Assembly (NCBI GenBank): GCA_035631715.1 | Contig: DASQIF010000007.1 | Span: 1 to 63,438 of the forward strand | Direction: 5' to 3' | DNA: 63,438 nucleotides | Origin: Candidatus Acidiferrales bacterium | GTDB taxonomy: Bacteria; Chloroflexota; Limnocylindria; P2-11E | Shown: in pieces, positions 8,363 to 17,605 of the stretch | Layout of the letters: the number at the start of each line of letters is the position of its first letter | Position numbering within the stretch: position 1 is the stretch's first letter | Program-made: the position numbers and the translations under genes | The notes under the pieces: model-generated | Told to the model about the DNA's origin: nothing | The model's input: only the letters and a program-made list of their open reading frames with translations | The model's database searches: none

Positions 8363-9372
8363 CCGCGGTGGGCATCGTCGACGTGCACGCCTACTCCCCC
8401 GTCGGCTTCCAGACCGCCGACGAGATCGCGTCGTTGTCGGGCATCCCGGCGGCCGTCGTTCGCGAGAAGTTCGGCCTCGAGGGCAAGCACATCGCGGCGG
8501 CCGACGAGCACGCGTCGGACCTGGCCGCGAAGGCGGCCGCGCCGATCCTCGCGCGCAACCCGGGCCGCAAGATCGACGCGCTCCTGTACATGGGAAGCCC
8601 GTATCGCGACTTTCCGGTGTGGAGCGCCGCGCCCCGGGTGCAGCAGCTCCTCGGTGCCGCCGCGACGGGCTCGCTCGCGTTCGACATCCAGGGCGTGTCC
8701 TGCGGCACGCCGATCGCCATGCAGGTCGCGAAGGGCCTCATCTGCACGAACGATCGGATCGACCAGGTCCTTCTCGCCGGCGGCTCGCGCGAGCACGACC
8801 TGATCGACTACGAGAACGAGCGCTCGCGCTTCATGTTCAACTTCGGAGCCGGCGGCGCCGCGCTCCTGCTGCGCCGCGACCACCCCGAGAACCACGTGCT
8901 CGAGACCGCCGGCTTCACCGACGGATCGTTCGCGGACGACGTCATGGTGCCGGCCGGCGGATCGCGCGAGCCCGCGAGCGCCGAGACCGTGCGCGCGCGG
9001 CGGCATTCGCTCGACGTGCGCGATCCGGCGGCGATGAAGCGGAACCTGGACCCGGTCACGGCCGACCGGTTCGTCGCGGTCGCGGTAGAGGCCGTCGAGC
9101 GCAGCGGGTACCGCGTCGCAGATATCCGCGTGCTGCTGCCGATCCACACCAAGCGATCGCTGTTCGACGTCGTGCGCCAGCGGCTCGGCGTCTCCGAGCA
9201 GTGCTGCGTCTACCTCTCCGACCACGGCCATATGTCGGCGATCGATCCGATCATGGGTCTGCATCGCGCGCGCGAGCGTGGCCTCCTTCAGGACGGCGAC
9301 CTCGTCGTCATGCTCGCGGCGGGCACCGGTTATTCGTGGGCCGCGACGGCCATCCGCTGGGGCCGCGCATGA
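8359..9372 (+). CDS. KAS III (FabH)-like thiolase-fold enzyme, atypical active site
   Basis: ORF 8269.. trimmed to the ATG at 8359, which overlaps the TetR stop as ATGA. It has the Cys context DIQGVSCGTPIAM. Later it has PIHTKRSLFD and DHGHMSAIDP where FabH has HQAN and GNTSAAS. Confidence 0.75.
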   Translation: MTAVGIVDVHAYSPVGFQTADEIASLSGIPAAVVREKFGLEGKHIAAADEHASDLAAKAAAPILARNPGRKIDALLYMGSPYRDFPVWSAAPRVQQLLGAAATGSLAFDIQGVSCGTPIAMQVAKGLICTNDRIDQVLLAGGSREHDLIDYENERSRFMFNFGAGGAALLLRRDHPENHVLETAGFTDGSFADDVMVPAGGSREPASAETVRARRHSLDVRDPAAMKRNLDPVTADRFVAVAVEAVERSGYRVADIRVLLPIHTKRSLFDVVRQRLGVSEQCCVYLSDHGHMSAIDPIMGLHRARERGLLQDGDLVVMLAAGTGYSWAATAIRWGRA

Positions 9373-10916
9373 GCGCGCCGGGTGGGCTCCGCGCATCGCC
9401 GACCACGCCTCAGTACGGCGCATCGGCGTGGCTGCTCCACCGCGCCGAGCTCACCCCGGGGCGCCAGGCGCTGGTGGAGGGTGCGACGACGCTGACCTAC
9501 GCGCAGCTCGCGGACCGCATCCTGCGCGCCGCGGCGGTGCTGCGCGAGATCGGCGTCGGCCGTCATGACCGCGTCGCGACGCTCCTGTCGAACTCGATCG
9601 AATTCATGGAGCTCTTCTACGCGACCGCGGAGCTCGGCGCGATCCTGGTCCCGCTCAACTGGCGCCTCGCGGCGCCCGAGCTCGACTTCCAGCTACACGA
9701 CGCTGGCGCCCGAGCCCTGTTCGTCGGCGCCGAGCACGCCGCGCTCGCGGCGAAGGTCGAGACGGAGCTCGCGCGCTTCGCCATCGAGGAGTACGTGCGG
9801 CGGCGTGAACGCGCTGTCGCGGCGGAGCGTCCCGCGGAGCGGGCGCTGTTCGGTGAGCCGCATCTGATCCTCTACACCGCCGGCACGACCGGCCACCCCA
9901 AGGGCGCGGTCCTCACGCACGCGAACGTCTTCTGGAACATCCCGAACATGGCGATCCCGGTCGGCCTCACGGATCGCGACACGACGGTGACGGTCCTGCC
10001 GATGTTCCACTCCGGCGGGATCGGTCTCTACACCGTCCCGTCGCTCACGCTCGGCGGTCGCGTGGTCATCGTGCGGAAGTTCGAGGCGGTGCCGCTCCTT
10101 GACCTCCTGCAGCGCGAGCACGCGGCGCTCTGCTTCGGCGTCCCGGCGATATGGCTGGAGATGCTCAAGCTGCCGGCCTTCACGCAGGCGAACCTGCCGG
10201 AGCTTCGCTTTGTGGTGAGCGGCGGCGCGCCGTGCCCGACGTCGGTCATGGCGGAGCTCGACCGTCGCGGGTTCATCTACCTGCAGGGCTACGGACTCAC
10301 CGAGACCGCGCCGGGCGGCACGCTCATGCCCGTGCCGGACTGGAAGCGCAAGTTCGGCAGCGTCGGCAAGCCGGCGCCTTTCGTCGAGCTCCGCGTCGCG
10401 CGCGACGCGGGCGAGCCCTGCGACGCACGCGAGATCGGCGAGGTGCAGTTCCGCGGGCCCAATGTCTTCGCCGGGTACTGGGATCGCCCCGACGCGACCG
10501 CCGAGGCCTTCACCGCCGACGGCTGGTTCCGGTCGGGCGACCTCGGCTTCCTCGACGAGGAAGGCTTCCTCACGCTGGTCGACAGGAAGAAGGACATGGT
10601 CATCACCGGAGGCGAGAACGTGTACTCGGCCGAGGTCGAGGACGCGCTCTTCGCGCACCCCGCGGTCGCGGAGGCGGCGATCATCGGCGTCCCCGACGAG
10701 CGCTGGGGCGAGGCCGTGTGCGCGATCGTCGTGGTCCGTCCCGGTATGGCCGCGACCGCCGACGAGCTCATCACGCACTGCCGGTCGCGGCTCGCGAAAT
10801 ACAAGACCCCCAAGTACGTCGTCTTCGTCCCGGCCCTCCCGCGCAACGCCGCGGGGAAGGTGCTGAAACGACAACTGCGCGAGGAGGTGCGGATACGAGA
10901 TCAGATCAAGGCGTGA
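9369..10916 (+). CDS. AMP-dependent synthetase/ligase (acyl-CoA synthetase)
   Basis: ORF 8619.. trimmed to the ATG at 9369 (ATGA overlap). It contains YTAGTTGHPKGAVLTH, QGYGLTET and SGDLGFLDEEGFLTLVDRKKDMV. Confidence 0.85.
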   Translation: MSAPGGLRASPTTPQYGASAWLLHRAELTPGRQALVEGATTLTYAQLADRILRAAAVLREIGVGRHDRVATLLSNSIEFMELFYATAELGAILVPLNWRLAAPELDFQLHDAGARALFVGAEHAALAAKVETELARFAIEEYVRRRERAVAAERPAERALFGEPHLILYTAGTTGHPKGAVLTHANVFWNIPNMAIPVGLTDRDTTVTVLPMFHSGGIGLYTVPSLTLGGRVVIVRKFEAVPLLDLLQREHAALCFGVPAIWLEMLKLPAFTQANLPELRFVVSGGAPCPTSVMAELDRRGFIYLQGYGLTETAPGGTLMPVPDWKRKFGSVGKPAPFVELRVARDAGEPCDAREIGEVQFRGPNVFAGYWDRPDATAEAFTADGWFRSGDLGFLDEEGFLTLVDRKKDMVITGGENVYSAEVEDALFAHPAVAEAAIIGVPDERWGEAVCAIVVVRPGMAATADELITHCRSRLAKYKTPKYVVFVPALPRNAAGKVLKRQLREEVRIRDQIKA

Positions 10917-10957
10917 ACACGGATCGACGAAGCCATTCATCAAGGAGGGGACCACAC

Positions 10958-12187
10958 GTGCGCATGCACCGCGTCATCATCGGCCTCGTCGCGCTCGGCC
11001 TTCTGGCCGGCGCGTGCGGGGGCACGACACCCGCGACCAGCAGCCCGACCACGGCCGCGAGCGCGGCCACCGCGTCCGCCGCGCCGAAGGCGCCCATCAA
11101 GCTCGGCGCGATCCTCCCGCTCACAGGCCCATCGGCCCCGACCGGCCAGGACATGAAGGACGGCTACGAGCTCGCCGTCGAACAGATCAACGCCGCGGGC
11201 GGCGTCAACGGCGCGCCCGTGCAGGTCATCTACGAGGACGACAAGAACGACCCGGCGACGGCCGTCGCCTCGTGGGAGAAGCTCGTCAACAGCGACAAGG
11301 TCGAGATCATGATGGGCGGGCTCGCCTCGACGATCTCGCTCGCGCTCGCTGAGCCCGCGAAGAAGGCGAAGGTCCCGATGGCCTGGACCGGCGCGGCCGC
11401 GTCCGCGTTCGAGACCGCGATGAAGGACGAGCCGTACTTCTTCCACTACCACCCGTGGGACTACATGAACGCGACGAGCGCGCTCGACTTCCTCAAGTCG
11501 TCGCCGGTGAAGAAGTTCGCCGTCGTCTACGAGGACGGCGCGTTCGGCACCAGCGCGAAGGACGGATTCAAGACGACCCTACCCGCGCAGGGTCAGGAGA
11601 TGACCACCAGCGAGGCGTTCAAGAGCGGTTCGACGGACTTCACCGCTCTCCTGAACCGCGTGAAGGCCTCGGGCGCCGAGGGCCTCATCCTCGTGCCGTT
11701 CGCCGCGGACGTCGTCCCCTTCCTCACGCAGATGCGCGAGGTCGGCTACAAGCCGAAGCTCATCTACGCATCACCGCCGTCGTTCCCGCCGGACTTCGGC
11801 AAGTCGCCGGTCGCGGAAGGCGTCGCGGGCCTCACGCTGTGGACCCCCGACATCCCCGCCGCGGCGACGAAGAAGTTCGTGGCCGACTGGGCCAAGAAGT
11901 ACCCGAGCAAGGCCATCACGACGGTCAGTTACTGGGCACCGCTCGCGTACACGAACATCATCACTGCAGTCGACGCGCTGAAGAAGTCCGGGACGGGCAA
12001 CACCGCCGGATGGATCACCGCGATGGAGGCGACCAAGTACGACTCGCCGATCGGACCGACACTGCAGTTCAAGCCAAGCCAGGGCACCAAGCACCAGGGT
12101 TTCACCGGTCTCGTGACCTTCCAGTGGCAGAGCGGGAAGCAGGAGATCGTCTTCCCGGACTCGCTCGCGACCGCGAAGCTCAAGTAA
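10958..12187 (+). CDS. ABC transporter substrate-binding lipoprotein, LivJ/LivK (branched-chain amino acid / organic acid) family
   Basis: ORF 10151.. trimmed to the GTG at 10958, about 9 nt after AAGGAGGGG (alternative ATG at 10964). It has the lipobox LLAGACGG, and IKLGAILPLTGPSAPTGQDMKDGYELAVEQINAAGGVNG is typical of the family. Confidence 0.85.
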   Translation: MRMHRVIIGLVALGLLAGACGGTTPATSSPTTAASAATASAAPKAPIKLGAILPLTGPSAPTGQDMKDGYELAVEQINAAGGVNGAPVQVIYEDDKNDPATAVASWEKLVNSDKVEIMMGGLASTISLALAEPAKKAKVPMAWTGAAASAFETAMKDEPYFFHYHPWDYMNATSALDFLKSSPVKKFAVVYEDGAFGTSAKDGFKTTLPAQGQEMTTSEAFKSGSTDFTALLNRVKASGAEGLILVPFAADVVPFLTQMREVGYKPKLIYASPPSFPPDFGKSPVAEGVAGLTLWTPDIPAAATKKFVADWAKKYPSKAITTVSYWAPLAYTNIITAVDALKKSGTGNTAGWITAMEATKYDSPIGPTLQFKPSQGTKHQGFTGLVTFQWQSGKQEIVFPDSLATAKLK

Positions 12188-12214
12188 CCGAATAAAGGAG
12201 AGGGCGGGGAGGCG

Positions 12215-13099
12215 CTGCCGCAGACCCTGCTGTTCGGGATCCTGCGGTCCGGCCTCTACGCCCTCACCGCCCTCGGCCTCGCGATCTCGCTCGGCGTCAT
12301 CGGCGTCGTGAACTTCGCGCACGGCGAGTTCGTGATGCTCGGCGCCTACGTCGGCTTCTGGCTCTACCTCGCCTTCTCGGGGCCGCTCGGCGTGGGCCCG
12401 GCCGTGAGCCCGCTCGTCATCCTCGTGGGCATCCCGGTGTCCGGCATCGCGCTGTATGTCGTCGCGTCGGGCGTGTACCGGCTCACCCTGCGACCGGTCC
12501 TGCGGCAGCCAGAGCTCAATCAGATGCTCCTCACCTTCGGGCTTTCGATCCTCATCGTGAACAGCGCGAGCATCGTGCTGACCCCCCAGGCCAAGGACGC
12601 GAACCTGGACTGGCGATTCGACGTGCTCGACCTCGGTTTCGCGAGCGTGACCTACGCGCGCCTCGCGGTCTTCGTCGTCTGCATCGCGCTGGTGCTCGCG
12701 ACGTACGCGCTGCTGATGCGCTCGCGGCTCGGGAAGCAGATGCGCGCCGTCGCGCAGAACCGCCTCGGCGCGCAGATCGTCGGCATCCCCGTGGATCGCG
12801 TGTACGAGATCGCCTTCGGGATGTCGGCCGTCCTCGCCGCGGCCGCGGGCGTGATGCTCATCTTCACCACGCAGGTCAGCCCGTTCCTCGGACTCGCGAC
12901 GATCCTGAAGGCGTTCTCCATCGTCGTCCTCGCGGGGCTCGGGAACCTCACCGGCGTGCTCTGGGCGAGTGTGCTGCTCGGACTCTCGGAGCAGTTCGTT
13001 TCGCAGTACGTCCCGGGCGGCTCGGCGCTGCGTGACGGTCTCTTCTTCGTGCTGATCTTCGTCGTGCTGCTCGCGCGACCCGGCGGGCTGCGGCGATGA
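12215..13099 (+). CDS. ABC permease, LivH family
   Basis: The track ORF starts at the GTG at 12308 (VNFAHGE). The same frame upstream encodes conserved LivH N-terminal sequence (LPQTLLFGILRSGLYALTALGLAISLGVIGV). No ATG/GTG/TTG lies between the TAA at 12185 and 12308. CTG at 12215 follows AAAGGAGAG. The start is uncertain. Confidence 0.8.
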   Translation: MPQTLLFGILRSGLYALTALGLAISLGVIGVVNFAHGEFVMLGAYVGFWLYLAFSGPLGVGPAVSPLVILVGIPVSGIALYVVASGVYRLTLRPVLRQPELNQMLLTFGLSILIVNSASIVLTPQAKDANLDWRFDVLDLGFASVTYARLAVFVVCIALVLATYALLMRSRLGKQMRAVAQNRLGAQIVGIPVDRVYEIAFGMSAVLAAAAGVMLIFTTQVSPFLGLATILKAFSIVVLAGLGNLTGVLWASVLLGLSEQFVSQYVPGGSALRDGLFFVLIFVVLLARPGGLRR

Positions 13100-14040
13100 G
13101 GCGGGACCTGACGCTCTGGGCGGCGTTCCTGGCCCTTGTCGCGGTGCTCCCGTGGCTCGGCGTCGCCGACGACCGCTATCTCCTCTTCCTCTCGAATGTG
13201 ATGTTGATGTTCATGACGCTCGCGCTCTCCTGGGACGTCGTCGCGCGCACCGGTCAGCTGTCGCTCGCGCACGGCGCGTTCTTCGGGCTCGGCGCGTACG
13301 GCGTCGCGATCGCCTTCAAGCAATGGTCGGTGCCCCCGCTCGTGGCGATCGCGATCGCCGCGCTCGCGTGCGCGATCGTCGCGCTCGCGGTCGGCGTCGT
13401 GACGCTGCGCCTGCGGGGCATCTACTTCGCGATCGCCACGCTCGCGTTCGCGCAGGTGTGGCAGACGGTCATGCTCCAGGTGCCGGACCTGTCGGGCGGC
13501 ACGGTCGGCATCTCGATGCCGCCGCTCTTCGGCGGCGACCGCCTCGCGTCGTATTACCTCGCGCTCGGGATCTTCGTGCTCGCCCTCGCCCTTTCGCTCG
13601 CGATCCGCTGGTCGCGCTGGCACTACGCGGTCACCGCGGTGCGCGCGAACGAGACCGTGGCGCGCATCGTCGGCCTCGACGTCGTCCGCGTGAAGGTCGC
13701 GCTCTTCACCGCGTCGGCGACGCTCGCGGGCCTTGCCGGCGCCTTCTACACGCCGTTCATCACGCACATCGATCCATTCGACGCGTTCTCCATCGACCGC
13801 AGCGTCGCGTCGCTGGTCTTCCCCATCTTCGGCGGCCTCTACACCTCGGCGGGTCCGGTCATCGGCACGATCGCGCTCCGTTCGCTCGAGGAGTACCTGC
13901 GCGTGACGCCGCCGTGGAAAGACGGCTACCAGGTCGCGTACGGTCTCGTCATCGTCGTCGCGGTGCTGTTCATGCCGCGCGGGCTGATCGGCCTCGCGCA
14001 GCGAGCGGTGCGGAGGTCGCCGTGGCGCTCCTCGAAGTGA
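13096..14040 (+). CDS. ABC permease, LivM family
   Basis: 314-aa polytopic ORF with an ATGA overlap with livH-like. It contains ...GQLSLAHGAFFGLGAYG..., the LivM signature. Confidence 0.85.
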   Translation: MRRDLTLWAAFLALVAVLPWLGVADDRYLLFLSNVMLMFMTLALSWDVVARTGQLSLAHGAFFGLGAYGVAIAFKQWSVPPLVAIAIAALACAIVALAVGVVTLRLRGIYFAIATLAFAQVWQTVMLQVPDLSGGTVGISMPPLFGGDRLASYYLALGIFVLALALSLAIRWSRWHYAVTAVRANETVARIVGLDVVRVKVALFTASATLAGLAGAFYTPFITHIDPFDAFSIDRSVASLVFPIFGGLYTSAGPVIGTIALRSLEEYLRVTPPWKDGYQVAYGLVIVVAVLFMPRGLIGLAQRAVRRSPWRSSK

Positions 14041-14750
14041 CCGGCCTCGTCCGGCGGTTCCGCGGTCTCGCCGCGGTCGACGACCTGTCGTTCACCGTCG
14101 ACGAGGGGCAGACGCTCGCGATCATCGGCCCGAACGGCGCCGGGAAGTCGACGACCTTCAACCTCATCTCCGGCCTGCTCGGCACGCACGGCGGCGCGAT
14201 CCGGTTCCGCGGTGAGGACATCACGCGCTGGCCCGCGCATCGCCGCACGCGCGCGGGCGTCGCGCGGACGTTCCAGATCGTGCAGCCACTCGCGGACCTC
14301 GACGTCCGCGACAACGTGATGGTGGGCGTCCTCTTCGGCGCTGGGGCGAGCTCGTCGCTCGCGGCCGCGCGCGCCGAGGCCGAGCGCCTCTGCGCGCTGG
14401 TCGGCCTCGGCGATCGCCTCGTGCAGCCCGTCGCCTCGCTCACGCTCGCCGACCGCAAGCGCCTCGAGCTCGCACGCGCCCTCGCGACGAAGCCCGCGCT
14501 CCTCCTCCTCGACGAGGTCATGGAGGGGCTGACGCCGGCGGAGGAGCGCGCTGCGATCGCGCTGCTCGGCCGCGTCCGGAGCGCGGGCGTCACGCTCCTT
14601 CTCATCGAGCACGTCATGAGCACGGTGCGCGATCTGTCGGAGCGCGTCGTCGTCATGGACTACGGAAAGAAGCTTGCCGAGGGGACCTACGCCGAGATCT
14701 CGCGGGACCCGAAGGTCATCGCCGCGTACCTCGGGACGGATGACGCGTGA
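14022..14750 (+). CDS. ABC ATP-binding protein, LivG family
   Basis: ORF 13152.. trimmed to the GTG at 14022, after GGAGG. It has Walker A GPNGAGKST, LLLDEVMEGL, and the LivG-type C-terminus DPKVIAAYLG. Confidence 0.85.
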   Translation: MALLEVTGLVRRFRGLAAVDDLSFTVDEGQTLAIIGPNGAGKSTTFNLISGLLGTHGGAIRFRGEDITRWPAHRRTRAGVARTFQIVQPLADLDVRDNVMVGVLFGAGASSSLAAARAEAERLCALVGLGDRLVQPVASLTLADRKRLELARALATKPALLLLDEVMEGLTPAEERAAIALLGRVRSAGVTLLLIEHVMSTVRDLSERVVVMDYGKKLAEGTYAEISRDPKVIAAYLGTDDA

Positions 14751-15457
14751 GCCTCCTCGAGATCGAGCGCCTCTCGGCAGGGTACGGACCGGTGGAGGTG
14801 TTGCACGAGGTCACCGTGCGCGTCGAGGAGGGCGAGGCCGTGGCGCTCGTCGGGGCGAACGCCGCCGGGAAGACGACGCTCCTCCGCGCGATCACCGGCA
14901 TCGTGCGGGCGACGGGCGGCACGGTGCGCCTGGCCGGCCGCGACGTCACCGCCCTCCCCCCACACGACATCACGCGCACCGGTATCGCCCAGGTCGCCGA
15001 GGGCCGTCAGCTCTTCCCGGACATGAGCGTGCGCGAGAACCTCGAGCTCGGCGCGATGGCGACCCCCGCCGGCTGGGACGGACGCGCGGAGATGCTCGCG
15101 CGCGTCGTCCAGCTGTTCCCGCGTGTCGGCGAACGGCTCGACCAGCGCGCCGGCACGATGAGCGGCGGTGAGCAGCAGCAGGTGGCGATCGCGCGCGCGC
15201 TCATGGCGCGTCCGCGCGTCCTCCTCATCGACGAGCCCTCGGCCGGACTAGCGCCCGTGCTCGTGCAGCAGGTCTTTCGCGCGCTGCGTGAGATCCACGC
15301 CGCGGGGACGACGATCCTGCTCGTCGAGCAGAATGTCCCGCTGTCACTGCGGCTCGCGCAGCGCGCGTATGTCATCGAGCTCGGGCGGATCACGCTCGAG
15401 GGCACGGGCGAGCAGCTGCTCGCGGACCCACACGTGAGGGAGGCGTATCTCGCATGA
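14747..15457 (+). CDS. ABC ATP-binding protein, LivF family
   Basis: 236-aa ORF with a GTGA overlap. It has Walker A GANAAGKTT, signature MSGGEQQ, Walker B LLIDEPS, and the end DPHVREAYLA. Confidence 0.85.
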   Translation: MSLLEIERLSAGYGPVEVLHEVTVRVEEGEAVALVGANAAGKTTLLRAITGIVRATGGTVRLAGRDVTALPPHDITRTGIAQVAEGRQLFPDMSVRENLELGAMATPAGWDGRAEMLARVVQLFPRVGERLDQRAGTMSGGEQQQVAIARALMARPRVLLIDEPSAGLAPVLVQQVFRALREIHAAGTTILLVEQNVPLSLRLAQRAYVIELGRITLEGTGEQLLADPHVREAYLA

Positions 15458-16182
15458 CCAGCCTGCAAAAGAGGGTGGCGATCGTGACCGGTGGCGCGCG
15501 CGGCATCGGCGCCGAGACGGCGCGGCTCTTCCGCGAAGCCGGCGCGACTGTCGAGACATGGGACGTCGCCGGGGAATGCGATCGGAAGGTCGACGTGACG
15601 AGCGCGGGCTCGGTCGACGAGGCGGTGCGCGCGGCAACGGCCGCGCACGGCCGCATCGACATCCTCGTGAACAACGCTGGCATCCTGCGCGACGCGCAGC
15701 TCGTGAAGATGAAGGACGGCACGATCGTCGGGAAGATGGAGGAGGCGCAGTGGGATGCCGTCCTCTCGGTGAACCTCAAGGGCGTGTTCCTCTGCGGGCA
15801 GGCCATCGCGCCGGTGATGATCCGCAACGCTTACGGCCGCATCCTCAACGCCTCGAGCGTCGTCGGGCTGTACGGGAACTTCGGCCAATCGAACTACGTC
15901 GCGACGAAGGCCGGTGTCATCGGCCTCACGAAGGTATGGGCGCGCGAGCTCGGCCCGAAGGGGATCACCGTGAACGCCGTCGCACCCGGGTTCATCGGCA
16001 CGGAGATGGTGAGGCAGATGCCGGAGCCGATCCTGAAGGGCATGGTCGAGCGCACGCCGGTGCGCCGCCTCGGCGAGCCGCGCGATATCGCGAACGCGTA
16101 CCTCTTCCTCGCATCTGACGAGGCCTCGTTCATCAATGGCGCGGTGCTCTCGGTCGACGGTGGCGTCGTGGTCGGGACATGA
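15454..16182 (+). CDS. short-chain dehydrogenase/reductase, FabG-like 3-oxoacyl reductase
   Basis: 242-aa ORF with an ATGA overlap. It contains TGGARGIG, NNAG, and YVATKAG (YxxxK). Confidence 0.85.
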   Translation: MTSLQKRVAIVTGGARGIGAETARLFREAGATVETWDVAGECDRKVDVTSAGSVDEAVRAATAAHGRIDILVNNAGILRDAQLVKMKDGTIVGKMEEAQWDAVLSVNLKGVFLCGQAIAPVMIRNAYGRILNASSVVGLYGNFGQSNYVATKAGVIGLTKVWARELGPKGITVNAVAPGFIGTEMVRQMPEPILKGMVERTPVRRLGEPRDIANAYLFLASDEASFINGAVLSVDGGVVVGT

Positions 16183-16952
16183 CGACGGTGAGGGCCAGCG
16201 ACCTCGACGTCTTCTACCTCGAGGCCGGGAGCGGGACACCGGTCGTCCTGGTGCACGGGAACTGGGGCTCGAGCACCTGGTGGGAGCCGGTGCTCGCGCG
16301 CCTCCCGAAAGGACGGCGCGCCCTCGCACCGGATCTACGCGGTCGCGGACGCACGCGTGGACCGGGCAACGAGTACTCGGTGCCGTCGATGGCGGCCGAC
16401 GTGCTCGCGTTCGCCGATGCGCTGCGTCTCGAGCGCTTCGACCTCGTCGGCCATTCGCTCGGCTCGTGCATCGCGATGGAGATCGCGCTCACGCATCCCG
16501 ATCGTCTGCGGTCGCTCGTCGCCGTCTCACCCGGATGGATCGACGGGATGCCCGGTGCGTACGCCGTGCCGGAGCGACAGAAGCAGCTGAAGGACGATGC
16601 CGCGTTCCGGGCGGCGGCGCTGCGCGCGATCGTCCCGGGGAAGGACGATGACCTGTGGCGACGCCTGCTGGACGACGCTGGGATGCAGACGCTCGACGCG
16701 GCGTACGCACTGCTGCCGGCGCTCACCGAGTGGAAGCCGGGCGACGCGCTCAGTCGGGTGACACTGCCGCGGGTCGTGATCGTCGGCGCGAACGACGCTT
16801 TCACCGGCGGCCCGAACGCGGTGCGCGTCGCGCAGGCGCTCCGATGCGAGCTCATCACCATGCCCGGCGTCGCGCACGGCCCGATGATCGAAGCGCCGGA
16901 GGAGTTCGCGAAGATCCTGTTCGGGTTCCTGGCTCAGCCCGTCCCGAACTGA
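16179..16952 (+). CDS. alpha/beta-fold hydrolase
   Basis: 257-aa ORF with an ATGA overlap. It has the HGNWGSS oxyanion region and the nucleophile elbow GHSLGS. Confidence 0.75.
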   Translation: MTTVRASDLDVFYLEAGSGTPVVLVHGNWGSSTWWEPVLARLPKGRRALAPDLRGRGRTRGPGNEYSVPSMAADVLAFADALRLERFDLVGHSLGSCIAMEIALTHPDRLRSLVAVSPGWIDGMPGAYAVPERQKQLKDDAAFRAAALRAIVPGKDDDLWRRLLDDAGMQTLDAAYALLPALTEWKPGDALSRVTLPRVVIVGANDAFTGGPNAVRVAQALRCELITMPGVAHGPMIEAPEEFAKILFGFLAQPVPN

Positions 16953-17605
16953 CGGTCGCCCGCGTCGCCCAGACCGGGGACGATGTAGCCGCGCTCGTTG
17001 AGGCGCTCGTCGAGCGCGGCGACGTGAATGGGCACGTCGGGGTGCGCAGCGGACAGCGCCTTCACGCCTTCCGGCGCGGCGATGATGCCCACGTACTTCA
17101 CACGCTTCGCGCCCCACTTCTTCAGGATGTCGATCGTCGCGACCGCGGATCCGCCGGTCGCGAGCATCGGGTCGAGGACCAGGCACAGCGACACCGTCGC
17201 CGACGACGGAAGCTTGTTGTAGTACTCGATGGGGCGCAGCGTCCGCTCGTCGCGGAAGAGGCCGATGTGCCAGACCTGCGCGTCGGGCATGAGCTCGAGC
17301 GCGGCCTCGACCATGCCGATGCCGGCGCGCAGCACCGGGATGAGGCCGACCGGCTCGGCGAGCTTCGCACCCTTCGCCATCGCGAGCGGCGTCTTCACCT
17401 GCGCGTCCTGCACCGGGAGGTCGGCCGTCGCCTCATACAGGAGGAGCGTGGCGATCTCGCCGACGAGCTGCCGGAAGAGGCGCGGCTCGGTCTTCTCGTC
17501 GCGGAGGCGCGTGACCTTCTCCCGCAGGAGCGGATGCGTCGAGACGTGGAGCTGCGTAGAGGTCAGGGGATTGCCGCGGCCGTGGGCTTCGTCGCCTCTC
17601 CCCAC
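16934..17605 (-). CDS. upp: uracil phosphoribosyltransferase
   Basis: 223-aa ORF. It contains HPLLREKVTRLRD..., the PRPP loop LVLDPMLATGGSA, and the C-terminal YIVPGLGDAGDRQFGT. The only canonical start is the ATG at 17605, which overlaps the glyA 3' end. Confidence 0.9.
   Translation of the reverse strand: MGRGDEAHGRGNPLTSTQLHVSTHPLLREKVTRLRDEKTEPRLFRQLVGEIATLLLYEATADLPVQDAQVKTPLAMAKGAKLAEPVGLIPVLRAGIGMVEAALELMPDAQVWHIGLFRDERTLRPIEYYNKLPSSATVSLCLVLDPMLATGGSAVATIDILKKWGAKRVKYVGIIAAPEGVKALSAAHPDVPIHVAALDERLNERGYIVPGLGDAGDRQFGTG

Noticed and set aside
8619-9368. N-terminal extensions of long + strand track ORFs (8619.., 10151.., 13152.., 26548.., 28044.., 38327.., 46329.., 49797.., 56075.., 58336..)
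   Set aside because: In each case the upstream part reads through the preceding, motif-supported gene in another frame and is Arg/Pro/Ala-rich. An internal ATG/GTG sits at a stop-overlap or behind an SD and matches the family N-terminus.
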